Notes: generated from the sequence alone by a model not told the origin. A stretch of 52,280 nucleotides of DNA from Candidatus Scatovivens sp. (GCA_045613965.1 JAZLBY010000099.1:1-52280), one strand, 5' to 3'; positions 18,438-28,548 are shown, counted from the first letter of the stretch. Program-made: numbers and translations.

Positions 18438-19511
18438 TTAGATGTTGATAGAGAACACGCAGGTTGCGCGGTTACGGATTCTAGTCGGAAGATCATTCCA
18501 GTTCTTCTTGATAGCCTTAACCATAAGCATAGTTGTCTGTCTCATGTTTTCGTGGAACGGATAGATGCGCCAATTCCAGAGTTCACCAGGAATATTGTAT
18601 TCCTGAGCTACGATCTGGCGGATATACTGGCGAGGAATATAGAGCTTAGGGTCATTGTTAATGATCCAGTTCTCTTCATCAGGAGTTCTTACGAGAAGAT
18701 AAGAAAACTCTTTGAACTTAGGAAGATCGGATACCTTGATGGTATCGAAATCAAAGCCAGAAATTTTCTTTACGTCATCGGAAGTAGTATTGCTCGGGAT
18801 GATGTGAACGTGGGAGTGGACAATGGAGTCCTTAGCCTTACCTACACCAGCAGCACCGCTGCCGTTTTCCCATACGATGGTGGACTTACAGTTGAAAGTA
18901 AGCTTAAGAAGGTATTCAACGTCCGAAAGGACGCCTTCAAACTCTTCCAAGACTTCCTTAGGAAGTTCACCAAGAGACATCACATGCTTGGTAGGACAGA
19001 TCTGAAGATAACCATGTGCGAACTGACCAGAGCCAGGGAACACAAAGAAATTTTCAGAACGGTAAAGAACAGGTTCGTTGTCGGAACGCTTACCGTCACG
19101 GTGGTCGCAACAGAAACAGTGGAAGTTGGCGTGGCCATCATGACCAGAGCTGTTGGACTTATGGTCACCAATATCAATGCCGTGATTAAGTGCAATTTCA
19201 TTGAACTGATCGGCGATATTAGTGAGGTTGGCGGCGATAACGTTTCTATTAATCTCCGCAGTAACATTTACAGAGTTGGTACGAATTACAGTGACGATGA
19301 TTGCTTCAGCAGGAAAAGCTTCCTGGAAATCATCACCTGCGAAAACGTAGCTCTTATTGTACCGAAAAACATTCTCCATGTCGCGGGTATCAGTCGGAAT
19401 GCCATAAGGGGCAGTGATGAGACCTTTGAACTGAAGTTGTCCAAGGACGTAAGAGACGTCAATAGGGTGACCAACGAGGATGAAACATTTGCGAGTTGCC
19501 TTCATATACAA
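18438..19511 (-). CDS. HIT-superfamily (CwfJ-C-like) protein with N-terminal extension (GC-richer solo gene 2)
   Basis: C.CC, VLYRSENFFV.P..G....GYL.I.P.KH, HSHVH triad, PRQYIRQ and WNW motifs. Start may be ATG 19505. Confidence 0.75.
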   Translation of the reverse strand: MYMKATRKCFILVGHPIDVSYVLGQLQFKGLITAPYGIPTDTRDMENVFRYNKSYVFAGDDFQEAFPAEAIIVTVIRTNSVNVTAEINRNVIAANLTNIADQFNEIALNHGIDIGDHKSNSSGHDGHANFHCFCCDHRDGKRSDNEPVLYRSENFFVFPGSGQFAHGYLQICPTKHVMSLGELPKEVLEEFEGVLSDVEYLLKLTFNCKSTIVWENGSGAAGVGKAKDSIVHSHVHIIPSNTTSDDVKKISGFDFDTIKVSDLPKFKEFSYLLVRTPDEENWIINNDPKLYIPRQYIRQIVAQEYNIPGELWNWRIYPFHENMRQTTMLMVKAIKKNWNDLPTRIRNRATCVFSINI

Positions 19512-19558
19512 ACACCTTACCTTTCATAGAGTGATAAAATTATCAATGTTCCAATTAT

Positions 19559-19587
19559 ATTATACTACAAATTTACATAAAAATCAA
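19559..19587 (-). promoter_or_regulatory. sigma-A-type promoter of solo gene 2
   Basis: Minus strand TTGATT-tttatgtaaatttgtag-TATAAT. Confidence 0.65.
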
Positions 19588-19622
19588 GCCGTTTTTGGCC
19601 TTTTTAAGCCACTTTCGGGTTT

Positions 19623-20831
19623 TTACCTTAAAAAGTTTAACCAATTTTGACATATAAAATTAAAATAATTTAATGGGCTTCTCTTAGGGACGTCGATGTT
19701 TGAACATAGATTAACAGAGCCTAAAATTATACCTTCTGATAGGTATTCAATTTTACCTAAAATTTCATCTTTTTTTATAGGAGCTATCATTTTTTCTTCA
19801 TTTATAACAATATTTTGAGTTAAATTATCAATATTTTTCTTTTTTATTAATAATCCAAAGTCTTTTTCAAAAACTAAATCTATATTGTCTTGTGTTCCTT
19901 TTTGAATAGCTGAGCTAGTAAATACATCATCTTTTTTTCCTATTAATTTATAATCATAAGTATTAAAACCATAATCAAGTAATAATTTAGCTTCTGAGAA
20001 ACGAATTTTAGGTGTTGGTGCTTTCATAATAACTGCTATTAAAGATAAGTTATCTCTTGTTGCACTAGCAGATAAATTATAAAGAGCAAGAGAGGTAGAA
20101 CCAGTTTTTAGTCCCGTAGCTCCATTATAAGTACGAATTAATTTGTTAGTGTTTACTAGTTCTGATGTACCATCACGAAGTGAATCAATCCAAGTTGAAC
20201 TATATTCTTTAATTTCTGGATGTTTAACCAATAGTTCACGAGACATTAAAGCAATATCATGACTAGTTGTTAAATGTCCGTCTTCATCTAAACCGTGACA
20301 ATTTTTAAAAGAAGTATTGTTCATACCTAATTCTTTAGCTTTTTCATTCATTTTTTGTACAAATAATTCTTCAGATCCTGAAATGAATTCTGCAAGAGCA
20401 TAAGTACAATCATTTGCGCTTGCAATACAAATAGCTTTTAACATTTCATGAACAGTTAAAGTTTCGTTTTCACTTAACCATATTTGTGATCCACCCATTG
20501 AAGATGCTTTTTCAGAACAAGGGACAGGAGTTTCTAATGTGATATCTCCATTTTTTATAGATTCCATAATTAATAAAATGCTCATTATTTTAGTTACACT
20601 TGCAGGACGTAAAGGAGTGTTTGAGTTTTTCTCATATAATATTTGACCCGTTGATTCTTCAATTAATATTGCACTTTCTGATTCTAGATTTAAATAATTA
20701 TCAATTGAAGGAGAAGAATTTGTATCTAAAGTCTGATTCCATATAGGCAAACTGGTAAATGAAAATGAATATAAAGATGTTGATAAAAAAATGATAAAAG
20801 TTGAAATAAAAATTATTGATTTTTTAAGCAT
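19623..20831 (-). CDS. dacF: D-alanyl-D-alanine carboxypeptidase (peptidase S11, DacF-like)
   Basis: PASVTK (SxxK), SAND (SxN) and LKTG motifs. ASSMGGSQIWL and LVNTNKL are DacF-like. Signal peptide present. Confidence 0.85.
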   Translation of the reverse strand: MLKKSIIFISTFIIFLSTSLYSFSFTSLPIWNQTLDTNSSPSIDNYLNLESESAILIEESTGQILYEKNSNTPLRPASVTKIMSILLIMESIKNGDITLETPVPCSEKASSMGGSQIWLSENETLTVHEMLKAICIASANDCTYALAEFISGSEELFVQKMNEKAKELGMNNTSFKNCHGLDEDGHLTTSHDIALMSRELLVKHPEIKEYSSTWIDSLRDGTSELVNTNKLIRTYNGATGLKTGSTSLALYNLSASATRDNLSLIAVIMKAPTPKIRFSEAKLLLDYGFNTYDYKLIGKKDDVFTSSAIQKGTQDNIDLVFEKDFGLLIKKKNIDNLTQNIVINEEKMIAPIKKDEILGKIEYLSEGIILGSVNLCSNIDVPKRSPLNYFNFICQNWLNFLR

Positions 20832-21001
20832 AATTTCCTCCTAAAATGAGTCTTTTTTTAAAGTCTATTAAGCAAAAAAACTTTTATAACTATTGATATG
20901 AAAAAATAAAAAAATCTCTTGTATTATGAAAATAAGTTGTATATAATATGAACATAGCGTGAAAAAATATTTAAATAAATATACAGGAGGATTTAAGTAA
21001 T

Positions 21002-22150
21002 ATGGAATCAAAAGTAAAGAAAGTCGCAATTCTAACAAATGGTGGAGATGCACCTGGATTAAATGCTGTAATTAGAGCAATTGTTAAAACAGCAAGAACT
21101 TATGGAGTTGAATGTTACGGATTTATAGAAGGTTATAAAGGGTTATTGCATAATAACTATGTTAAGTTAGATTTACAAGGAAATGCATCAGGATTATTAA
21201 CAAAAGGTGGTACTATAATAGGAACATCAAATGCAACAAATGTATTTAATTATAAGGTTACAAATCCAGATGGAACTGTTGAATATAAAGATTTATCTGA
21301 TGTTTGTGTAGAAAACATTAGAAATGCAGGATTTGATTGCATATTTACTTTAGGTGGAGATGGAACACAAAAATCAAGTAGAGATTTTTCATTAAAAGGA
21401 GTTAATTGTATAGGAGTTCCTAAAACAATTGATAACGATGTTGCATCAACAGATATGACATTTGGATATAATACAGCTGTATCAGTAGCATCTGAAGCAT
21501 TAGATAGATTACACACAACAGCTGAAGCTCATCATAGAATAATGGTACTTGAAGTTATGGGAAGATATGCAGGATGGTTAGCTTTAGAATCAGCTATTGC
21601 TGGTGGTGCTGACGTTGCTTTAATACCAGAAATACCATATGATATTAATAAAGTTGTTGAAAAAGTAAATGAAAGAAGAGCAAGAGGAAAAGAATTTACT
21701 ATAGTAGTTGCATCTGAAGGAGCTATGCCAAAAGATGGAACAATTACAGTTAAGAAAACATTAAATGATGGTGCTGGATTAGATAACATTAGACTTGGTG
21801 GTGTTGGAGAAAAAATAGCAGCAGAACTTGAAGAATTAACAGGTATGGCAGCTAGAAACACAACATTAGGTTATGTTCAAAGAGGTGGAACACCTTCAGC
21901 TTTTGATAGAGTTTTATCTACAAAATATGGATGTAAAGCAATGGAACTTGCAATGCAAGGAATATTTAATGTATTAGTAACATATAAAAACGGAAAAATG
22001 GATTACGTTACATTAGAGGAAGTTGTTGGAAATAACAAAGTTGTTGGAGCAGCTTCAGGTAATACAAAAGAAAGTAATATTAGAAAAATTAAAATGGATG
22101 ATGATCTAATTAGAATCGCTAGAGACTTAGGAATGTGTTTAGGAGACTAA
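21002..22150 (+). CDS. pfkA: 6-phosphofructokinase (PfkA family)
   Basis: GGDAPGLN, GGTIIGTS, GGDGT, PKTIDND, EVMGR and LGYVQRGG motifs. Confidence 0.95.
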   Translation: MESKVKKVAILTNGGDAPGLNAVIRAIVKTARTYGVECYGFIEGYKGLLHNNYVKLDLQGNASGLLTKGGTIIGTSNATNVFNYKVTNPDGTVEYKDLSDVCVENIRNAGFDCIFTLGGDGTQKSSRDFSLKGVNCIGVPKTIDNDVASTDMTFGYNTAVSVASEALDRLHTTAEAHHRIMVLEVMGRYAGWLALESAIAGGADVALIPEIPYDINKVVEKVNERRARGKEFTIVVASEGAMPKDGTITVKKTLNDGAGLDNIRLGGVGEKIAAELEELTGMAARNTTLGYVQRGGTPSAFDRVLSTKYGCKAMELAMQGIFNVLVTYKNGKMDYVTLEEVVGNNKVVGAASGNTKESNIRKIKMDDDLIRIARDLGMCLGD

Positions 22151-22161
22151 TTAAATATATT

Positions 22162-22190
22162 AAGCTACCAGTCAAACTGGTAGCTTTTTT
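22162..22190 (+). terminator. terminator after pfkA
   Basis: AAGCTACCAGT-caa-ACTGGTAGCTT followed by a T-tract. Confidence 0.9.
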
Positions 22191-22217
22191 GTATTTTTAT
22201 GTAAATTGTGGTATAAT
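22189..22217 (+). promoter_or_regulatory. sigma-A-type promoter of solo gene 3
   Basis: TTGTAT-ttttatgtaaattgtgg-TATAAT (extended -10). Confidence 0.65.
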
Positions 22218-22348
22218 TATTATATGATGTTTTGCATAAATTTCTAAATATAATTATTAGAAAAGATATTGGAAGGAGTTCTTTTCAATTTGGAATTATG
22301 CTAATCATTCATAACATCCCAGCACAATAAGAAAAGAGGTAAGATCTA

Positions 22349-23287
22349 ATGAAGAAGATGAGTCTGGTTTTCACTCTCGTTTTGACTCTCGTGATTCTGT
22401 TTTCTACTACGACTGTGACCAATGCTTTGGCATGTCCGATACCGACTGATACCGAATCTTCTGAAACGACCTATGTTGACCTTTTGGATAGAACCGAACT
22501 TCTCGAATTGCCTCGAGATGAACAAGATGCCCTTGATATGTACCGATTTGAAGTGCGTATGCGAGATAATCATCCAATCATGGGTGGTGAATACTTTGTT
22601 CCTTTTGTTGAAGTTGAAGCCTACGAAGAGTATGGTCTAGACTACGAACCGGAAGAAAGATGTGTATACGCAGAAGATGGTTATGGTGCATTTGTACCTT
22701 GGTATGAATGTCCTGTGCTTTTCAACACCGGCGATGTAAAGCAACTTTGGTACACTGATGATGGTGGCATGCTTTGCAAAATTAACCTTAGGAGAAACGA
22801 TTGGCGTAGTGTTAAGTTTACTTTTACTGATTACAACGTCCATTGTGATCCTTCTGAGGGTGATGAAATCATCAACAGCAATTCCTACTTTGCGGTGACT
22901 TACAATGAAACCACTGGTAGTGTTAAGATCTGGATGTTCGGTTTGCTTCTCAGAGAACATGAGGTTCCTACTGAATCGATTTATACTGGCCTTTCTGCTA
23001 ATGAAGGATATATTTTCCGTTCTGGAAATGATGTATATGCAGTCCGTGATTACGGTTGTTATGCTCCTGAAGTAGAAAATGGGGTTAAGTTAATCGCACA
23101 GGATGTGAAACTTGTGATTGAGACCGATTACTGTATGGGGTGGGAAGAATGCTCTCAACCGCTGCTTTTGATGACTGATGGTACCGTTAAAGTATATGTC
23201 TCTGGCATTTCTGTAGATGGTACTGATGGTATCATTGACATTAACGATCTTCATGAAGTTACTAAAGATGGTGGTTTTTGGGAATAA
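22349..23287 (+). CDS. secreted acidic hypothetical protein (GC-richer solo gene 3)
   Basis: GAGG RBS and signal peptide MKKMSLVFTLVLTLVILF...ALA. About 43% GC in a spot-counted line. No family recognised. Confidence 0.8.
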   Translation: MKKMSLVFTLVLTLVILFSTTTVTNALACPIPTDTESSETTYVDLLDRTELLELPRDEQDALDMYRFEVRMRDNHPIMGGEYFVPFVEVEAYEEYGLDYEPEERCVYAEDGYGAFVPWYECPVLFNTGDVKQLWYTDDGGMLCKINLRRNDWRSVKFTFTDYNVHCDPSEGDEIINSNSYFAVTYNETTGSVKIWMFGLLLREHEVPTESIYTGLSANEGYIFRSGNDVYAVRDYGCYAPEVENGVKLIAQDVKLVIETDYCMGWEECSQPLLLMTDGTVKVYVSGISVDGTDGIIDINDLHEVTKDGGFWE

Positions 23288-23303
23288 TTCCTGCAAAAAT
23301 CAT

Positions 23304-23341
23304 AAAAGAGAGGCTGCCTTGTCAAAAGGCAGTCTCTTTTT
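23304..23341 (+). terminator. GC-rich terminator of solo gene 3
   Basis: AGAGGCTGCCTT-loop-AAGGCAGTCTCT followed by TTTT. Confidence 0.85.
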
Positions 23342-23466
23342 GTATTCTTTTAAGACAAAAAAGAGTATGAAACATTGTGAAATAAACAAAAAAAGCTTGC
23401 ATTTTATTTTGTTTGTGATATAATATAAAGGCTATTGTTTAATAGAAAGAAATTGGAGGAAATAAA

Positions 23467-24879
23467 ATGAGTGTTAAAGTAGAAAAGACAGAAAATAAAA
23501 ATGAAGTAAAATTAGAAATTACAGTTGATGCAAAAGTATTTGATCAAGGAATTAAAACAGTATTTAATAAAAATGCTAAATATTTCAATATTCCTGGATT
23601 CAGAAAAGGAAAAGCTCCAATGAATATAGTTGAAAAATACTATGGAGATGAAATCTTTTATGAAGATGCTTTCAATGAAGTTGCTCCAGCAGCTTATGAT
23701 GAAGCTATTACAAGTGAAAAATTAGAAGTAGTTAGCAAACCACAAATAGATATAGTACAAATTGGAAAAGGAAAAGATTTAGTTTTTACAGCTGTTGTTG
23801 CTTTAAAACCAGAAGTTAAATTAGGTAAATATAAAGGAATTTCAGTAGAAAAAGTAGAATATAAAGTAACAGACGAAGAAGTTGATGCTCAAATCAACTC
23901 AATGGCTGAACGTAACAGCAGAATGATTGCTGTAACAGATAGAGCAGCAAAAAAAGGTGATACAGCAGTTATTGATTTCGTAGGATCAGTAGATGGTGTA
24001 GAATTTGAAGGTGGAAAAGCTGAAAACCATGAATTAGAATTAGGAAGCAATACATTTATTCCAGGATTTGAAGATCAAGTTATTGGAATGAAAGCTGAAG
24101 AAGTTAAAGATATCAGTGTTAAATTCCCAGAAGATTATTTTTCAAAAGATTTAGCTGGAAAAGATGCAATCTTTAAAGTTACAGTTCATGAAATCAAACA
24201 AAAAGAATTACCAAAAATAGATGATGAATTTGCTAAAGATGTTAGCGAATTTGATACATTAGCAGAATTAAAAGCTGATTTAAAAGCTAAAAAAGAACAA
24301 CAATATGCTGATCAATCAAAAGCTGAATTAGAAGAAAAAGCTGTTAGAGAAGTTGCTAACGTTTCAGAAGTTGAAATTCCACAAGGAATGATTGAATTAG
24401 AATTAGATAACATGGAAGAAGATATGAATAGAAGACTTTCTTACCAAGGAATTAACTTCGAACAATACTTACAAATGTTAGGAAGAACAAAAGCTGACTT
24501 CAGAAGAGAATCAGAAGAACCAGCTAAAGATTCAATTAAAATGAGATTAGTTTTAGAAGCAGTTTGCAAAGATGCTAAAATCGAAGCTACAGACGCTGAA
24601 GTTGAAGCTAAAGTCGCAGAATTAGCTGAAAGCTATGGAAGAAAAGTTGAAGAATTAAAAAATAATGATGATTTAATGGGACACATTAAACAAAACGTTA
24701 TTTCAGAAAAAGCAATTGCATTAATAGTTGAAAATGCAAAAGTAAAAGTAGTTGATGCTCCAGAAGCAAAAGTAGAGAAAAAAGCTACTAAAAAAACTAC
24801 AGCTAAAAAAGCTGAAGATGGAGAAGAAAAAGCTGAGAAAAAAACAACAACAAAAAAATCAACAAAAAAAGCTGAGTAA
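23467..24879 (+). CDS. tig: trigger factor
   Basis: IPGFRKGKAP ribosome-binding motif and FKBP domain (FEGG...LGS..FIPGFE). Lys/Thr-rich C-tail. Confidence 0.97.
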   Translation: MSVKVEKTENKNEVKLEITVDAKVFDQGIKTVFNKNAKYFNIPGFRKGKAPMNIVEKYYGDEIFYEDAFNEVAPAAYDEAITSEKLEVVSKPQIDIVQIGKGKDLVFTAVVALKPEVKLGKYKGISVEKVEYKVTDEEVDAQINSMAERNSRMIAVTDRAAKKGDTAVIDFVGSVDGVEFEGGKAENHELELGSNTFIPGFEDQVIGMKAEEVKDISVKFPEDYFSKDLAGKDAIFKVTVHEIKQKELPKIDDEFAKDVSEFDTLAELKADLKAKKEQQYADQSKAELEEKAVREVANVSEVEIPQGMIELELDNMEEDMNRRLSYQGINFEQYLQMLGRTKADFRRESEEPAKDSIKMRLVLEAVCKDAKIEATDAEVEAKVAELAESYGRKVEELKNNDDLMGHIKQNVISEKAIALIVENAKVKVVDAPEAKVEKKATKKTTAKKAEDGEEKAEKKTTTKKSTKKAE

Positions 24880-24889
24880 TTAAAATGTA

Positions 24890-24923
24890 AAAAAGCCGTA
24901 ATCGATTGAGATTACGGCTTTTT
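24890..24923 (+). terminator. terminator after tig
   Basis: AAAAGCCGTAATC-loop-GATTACGGCTTTT. Confidence 0.9.
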
Positions 24924-25029
24924 GTTTGTTGGTAAAAAATGCTTTAAAAATATTTCTAAAAATTAATTTACTTTTTTAAATAGTATAGATATAATAAAAA
25001 TGATTAAGTGTATTAGGGGGAAAAGCAAA

Positions 25030-27777
25030 GTGAGTAAACTTAAGAAATTTTTATTAATATTGATTTTAGCAATTCTAACTGTAGCAACTAATACAACAGT
25101 TTTTGCTAGCACAAAAGATATATTAGAAACAGTTGGAGAGGTTGAATATTCAAGTGAATTTAATAAATGGCTTGAACTTTCAAATGATGAAAAAATGAAA
25201 GTTAATACACCAGTTCCATTTGAAGTATTAAACACAAATTATGAATCTAAAAATCCAATAGATATAGTACAAGCTGTTGGAAGTACATTAGAATCAAGAT
25301 TCACTCTTCAAGATTATATACCTGAAAATATGGTTGTTAGAAATCAAATGCAAACAGGTTCATGTTGGGCATTTGCTTCATTAGGTGTTCTTGAATCAAA
25401 TTTAGCATTAACTAATTATTATAATGATAAAGAAGCTAAAGTTTATGATTTATCAGAAAGACATATGGAGTATAGTGCAAGTAGAGAATTTAAAAATGGA
25501 AAAATTAATAAATTTGGTTTAAATAGACCACTAGGTAAAGGTGGAAATTATTTAATATCAACTTCATATCTAAGTAATAGTATGGGGGCTATTCAAGAAA
25601 AAGATATGCCTTTTATTAATGAATTAAATGAAATAGATATTAGTGAAATCGAAAATAAAGAAGTTGTAACACAACTTTATGATACAGTTGTTTTCCCACC
25701 ACAATCATCAAAAGAAGATACAACAGAAATTAAAAATGAAATGAAACAACATATTAAACAATATGGTGCTATAGAAGCCGGTATACATGGAGCTCAAATT
25801 TTATCAGATTATTATAATAATGATACTGGAGCAATGTATGCTGATAGTGAAGAAAATTGTCCACAAAATCATGACGTTATAATAGTTGGATGGGATGACA
25901 ATTATCCAGTAGAAAACTTTAATGAATTACATAGACCAAAGAATAAAGGTGCATGGATAGCAAGAAATTCTTGGGGAACAAAACAAACATATTCTATGGA
26001 AGAAATGAAAGCAATCATTTTTGAAGCTTTAAAAGAAGAATGTATTAGTAGAGGATGGACAAGTGCTTCATTAATTCCTAATGAGATTGCAAAAGCTATA
26101 TTTACTGAATTAGGATATGGAATTGATGGAGATAGTGCATATTTAGTAATTGGAGATAAAGGATTTGTTTACATTTCATATGAAGATGTTAATGTATATA
26201 AAACATTAAATGGTATTCAAAAAGCAGATGATAAAGTTACTTATGATCATTTATATCAATATGATGAAAACGGTATGACAATCTGTTTACCTTTATCAGT
26301 AGATACTACTTATTTAGCAAGTAAATTTGATAAAGAATCAGATAAAAAAGAATACATAACAGGCGTATCAATATTTGCACCAGAAACTTATACTGTTTCA
26401 GTTTATGCAAATACAGCAAATGATAATATAGAAAAAGCTAATATGAAAAAAGTAAAATTAGCAGCTGGCGATACAGAAACATTTGGGACAGGATATCATA
26501 CAATTGAATTTGCTGAACCTTTAGAAATAACAGGAGATAAATTTGCTGTGTTAATGAAGATTGAAGGTACAAGATCAGAGGAAATTGATATGCCACTTGA
26601 AGCTCCTATTCCAAATTCAATCTATGATAAAGTAAATTTAACAGAAGGAAAAACTTTCTGGACAGTAGGTTCTAGTTATGATGCTGATGAATGGATTGAT
26701 TTATCAAAATTATCAGCTTTATCTGAAGGAAAAATTCCAAGTGGTGATTCAATTATTAAAGTATTTACAATAAATGAAGCAGAAAAAGATGTGTTAGAAT
26801 CAATTACTATTACAACACCACCAGATAAAACAACATATAAAGAAGGACAAGATTTTGATAAAACTGGAATGATTGTTAAAGCACTTTATACAAACGGATC
26901 TAAAAAACAAATTACAGATTATGAAGTAATTGATGGAGAAGATTTAAAAGTAGATCAAACTGAAGTTACTATAAAATATTTAGATAAAGAAGCAAAACAA
27001 AAAATAAAAGTAGAACCAAAAGAAACTCCAAAACCAGATGATGAAAATCCAGGTGAGAATCCAGGAGATAATAAGCCTGATGATGAACCAGACAATAAAC
27101 CTGAAGATAAACCAGAAGAAAAACCTGAATTAAAACCAGTAAATTCAGATTTTACTAAGGCTAAAACAGTTCTAAATTCAGTTAAAGCATATACATTTAG
27201 TGATAAAAATAAAAAAGAATATATTGTTATGGATTTAACAATTGAAGATATTAAAAGAGATTTAGAAAATAATGATAAATTTGATTATTATTACTATTTA
27301 TCAGATAAAACATCAGATAAAAATATTGTAGATTGGGTTAAAATTTCTGAGATACAATATGAAACAGATCAAATTGATTTTACAGTAAATACTAAAGACG
27401 TTAAAAATTATGGCGATTTAGCAAAAGCTAATAAGTTATACATTTATATAAAAGAAGTAGCTAAAAGAGATGATGCACAAAAAGAATTAGTTACAAGTGC
27501 AATTTCAGTAGGAACTACAAAAAATATTGAAATATATAAAGATGGTGTTAAACTAGTAGAAAATAATGATAACAACAATAACAATCAAAACAACAACCAA
27601 AATAATAATCAAAACAATAATAACAATAACAATAATAATAATGAGGATAAAAAAGATGATACAACAGCAGATGTAATATTACCAGCAGCAGGAAAGATTT
27701 CTATAGCAGCTTTAGTTTCAGCTTTAATTATCGGAGCAGTTATTGCTTTAAGAAAATATAAAGAAATGAATTTTTAG
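25030..27777 (+). CDS. cell-wall-anchored papain-like (C1) cysteine peptidase with lectin-like and Ig-like domains
   Basis: Signal peptide. Catalytic motifs RNQ...GSCWAF (Cys), NHDV.IVGWDD (His) and RNSWG (Asn). Big_3-like ITTPPDKTTYKEGQDFD. LPAAG + TM + basic tail. GTG 25030 follows an AGGGGG RBS. Confidence 0.88.
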   Translation: MSKLKKFLLILILAILTVATNTTVFASTKDILETVGEVEYSSEFNKWLELSNDEKMKVNTPVPFEVLNTNYESKNPIDIVQAVGSTLESRFTLQDYIPENMVVRNQMQTGSCWAFASLGVLESNLALTNYYNDKEAKVYDLSERHMEYSASREFKNGKINKFGLNRPLGKGGNYLISTSYLSNSMGAIQEKDMPFINELNEIDISEIENKEVVTQLYDTVVFPPQSSKEDTTEIKNEMKQHIKQYGAIEAGIHGAQILSDYYNNDTGAMYADSEENCPQNHDVIIVGWDDNYPVENFNELHRPKNKGAWIARNSWGTKQTYSMEEMKAIIFEALKEECISRGWTSASLIPNEIAKAIFTELGYGIDGDSAYLVIGDKGFVYISYEDVNVYKTLNGIQKADDKVTYDHLYQYDENGMTICLPLSVDTTYLASKFDKESDKKEYITGVSIFAPETYTVSVYANTANDNIEKANMKKVKLAAGDTETFGTGYHTIEFAEPLEITGDKFAVLMKIEGTRSEEIDMPLEAPIPNSIYDKVNLTEGKTFWTVGSSYDADEWIDLSKLSALSEGKIPSGDSIIKVFTINEAEKDVLESITITTPPDKTTYKEGQDFDKTGMIVKALYTNGSKKQITDYEVIDGEDLKVDQTEVTIKYLDKEAKQKIKVEPKETPKPDDENPGENPGDNKPDDEPDNKPEDKPEEKPELKPVNSDFTKAKTVLNSVKAYTFSDKNKKEYIVMDLTIEDIKRDLENNDKFDYYYYLSDKTSDKNIVDWVKISEIQYETDQIDFTVNTKDVKNYGDLAKANKLYIYIKEVAKRDDAQKELVTSAISVGTTKNIEIYKDGVKLVENNDNNNNNQNNNQNNNQNNNNNNNNNNEDKKDDTTADVILPAAGKISIAALVSALIIGAVIALRKYKEMNF
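27560..27642 (+). repeat. AAT/AAC/CAA low-complexity tract encoding a poly-Asn/Gln linker
   Basis: NNDNNNNNQNNNQNNNQNNNNNNNNNN in the peptidase stalk. Confidence 0.85.
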
Positions 27778-27781
27778 TCTA

Positions 27782-27811
27782 AAAGGGCCTTGATTTTAAT
27801 CAAGGTCTTTT
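27782..27811 (+). terminator. terminator after C1 peptidase
   Basis: GGCCTTGAT-loop-ATCAAGGTC followed by TTTT. Confidence 0.75.
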
Positions 27812-27945
27812 GTTATATTATGTCGAAGTTTGCGATATAAATTTGCTATAAAGCTATTGAAAAAAATTTTTATTTAGTATATAGTTAATTAGTAATTGGA
27901 GAATTGTATCCATTTATTATTAAAACAAAGGAAGGAAGAAGAAAA

Positions 27946-28548
27946 ATGATAGATAACAGTTTAATACCATACGTTGTAGAGCAAACAAGTAGAGGAGAAA
28001 GATCATATGATATCTTCTCAAGATTATTAAAAGATAGAATAATATTTTTATCAGAAGATGTAAATCATGTTACAGCAAGCTTAGTTGTAGCACAACTTTT
28101 ATTCTTAGAATCAGAAGATCCTGATAAAGAAATTTGTTTATATATTAATAGCCCTGGTGGTTCAATTTCAGATGGAATGGCAATAGTTGATACAATCAAT
28201 TATATAAAATGTCCAGTTTCAACAATATGTGTAGGTATGGCAGCTAGTATGGGTGCAGTACTTTTAGCATGTGGAGAAAAAGGAAAGAGATATGCTACAC
28301 CAAATGCTGAAGTTATGATTCACCAACCATTAATCGGTGGTGGAGGACTTTCTGGACAAACAACAGAAATTAAAATCCATGCTGATCATATGGTAAGAAC
28401 TAGAGATAAACTTAATAGATTATTAAGTGAAAAAACAGGTCAACCATTAGAAACAATTGAAAGAGATACAGAAAGAGATAATTACATGACAGCTGAACAA
28501 GCTTTAGCTTATGGATTAATCGATGGAATACTTGATAAAAGAAATTAG
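27946..28548 (+). CDS. clpP: ATP-dependent Clp protease proteolytic subunit
   Basis: [31 protein letters not shown] and MIHQP motifs. AAGGA RBS favours ATG 27946. Confidence 0.97.
   Translation: MIDNSLIPYVVEQTSRGERSYDIFSRLLKDRIIFLSEDVNHVTASLVVAQLLFLESEDPDKEICLYINSPGGSISDGMAIVDTINYIKCPVSTICVGMAASMGAVLLACGEKGKRYATPNAEVMIHQPLIGGGGLSGQTTEIKIHADHMVRTRDKLNRLLSEKTGQPLETIERDTERDNYMTAEQALAYGLIDGILDKRN

Noticed and set aside
18552..19529. 325-aa + strand ORF antisense to the HIT gene
   Set aside because: In exact codon register with a motif-bearing gene, with no RBS or recognisable domain. Explained by absence of TTA/CTA/TCA in the sense gene.
27778..27945. CtsR or CIRCE operator upstream of clpP
   Set aside because: No GTCAAA direct repeat or TTAGCACTC-N9-GAGTGCTAA seen.
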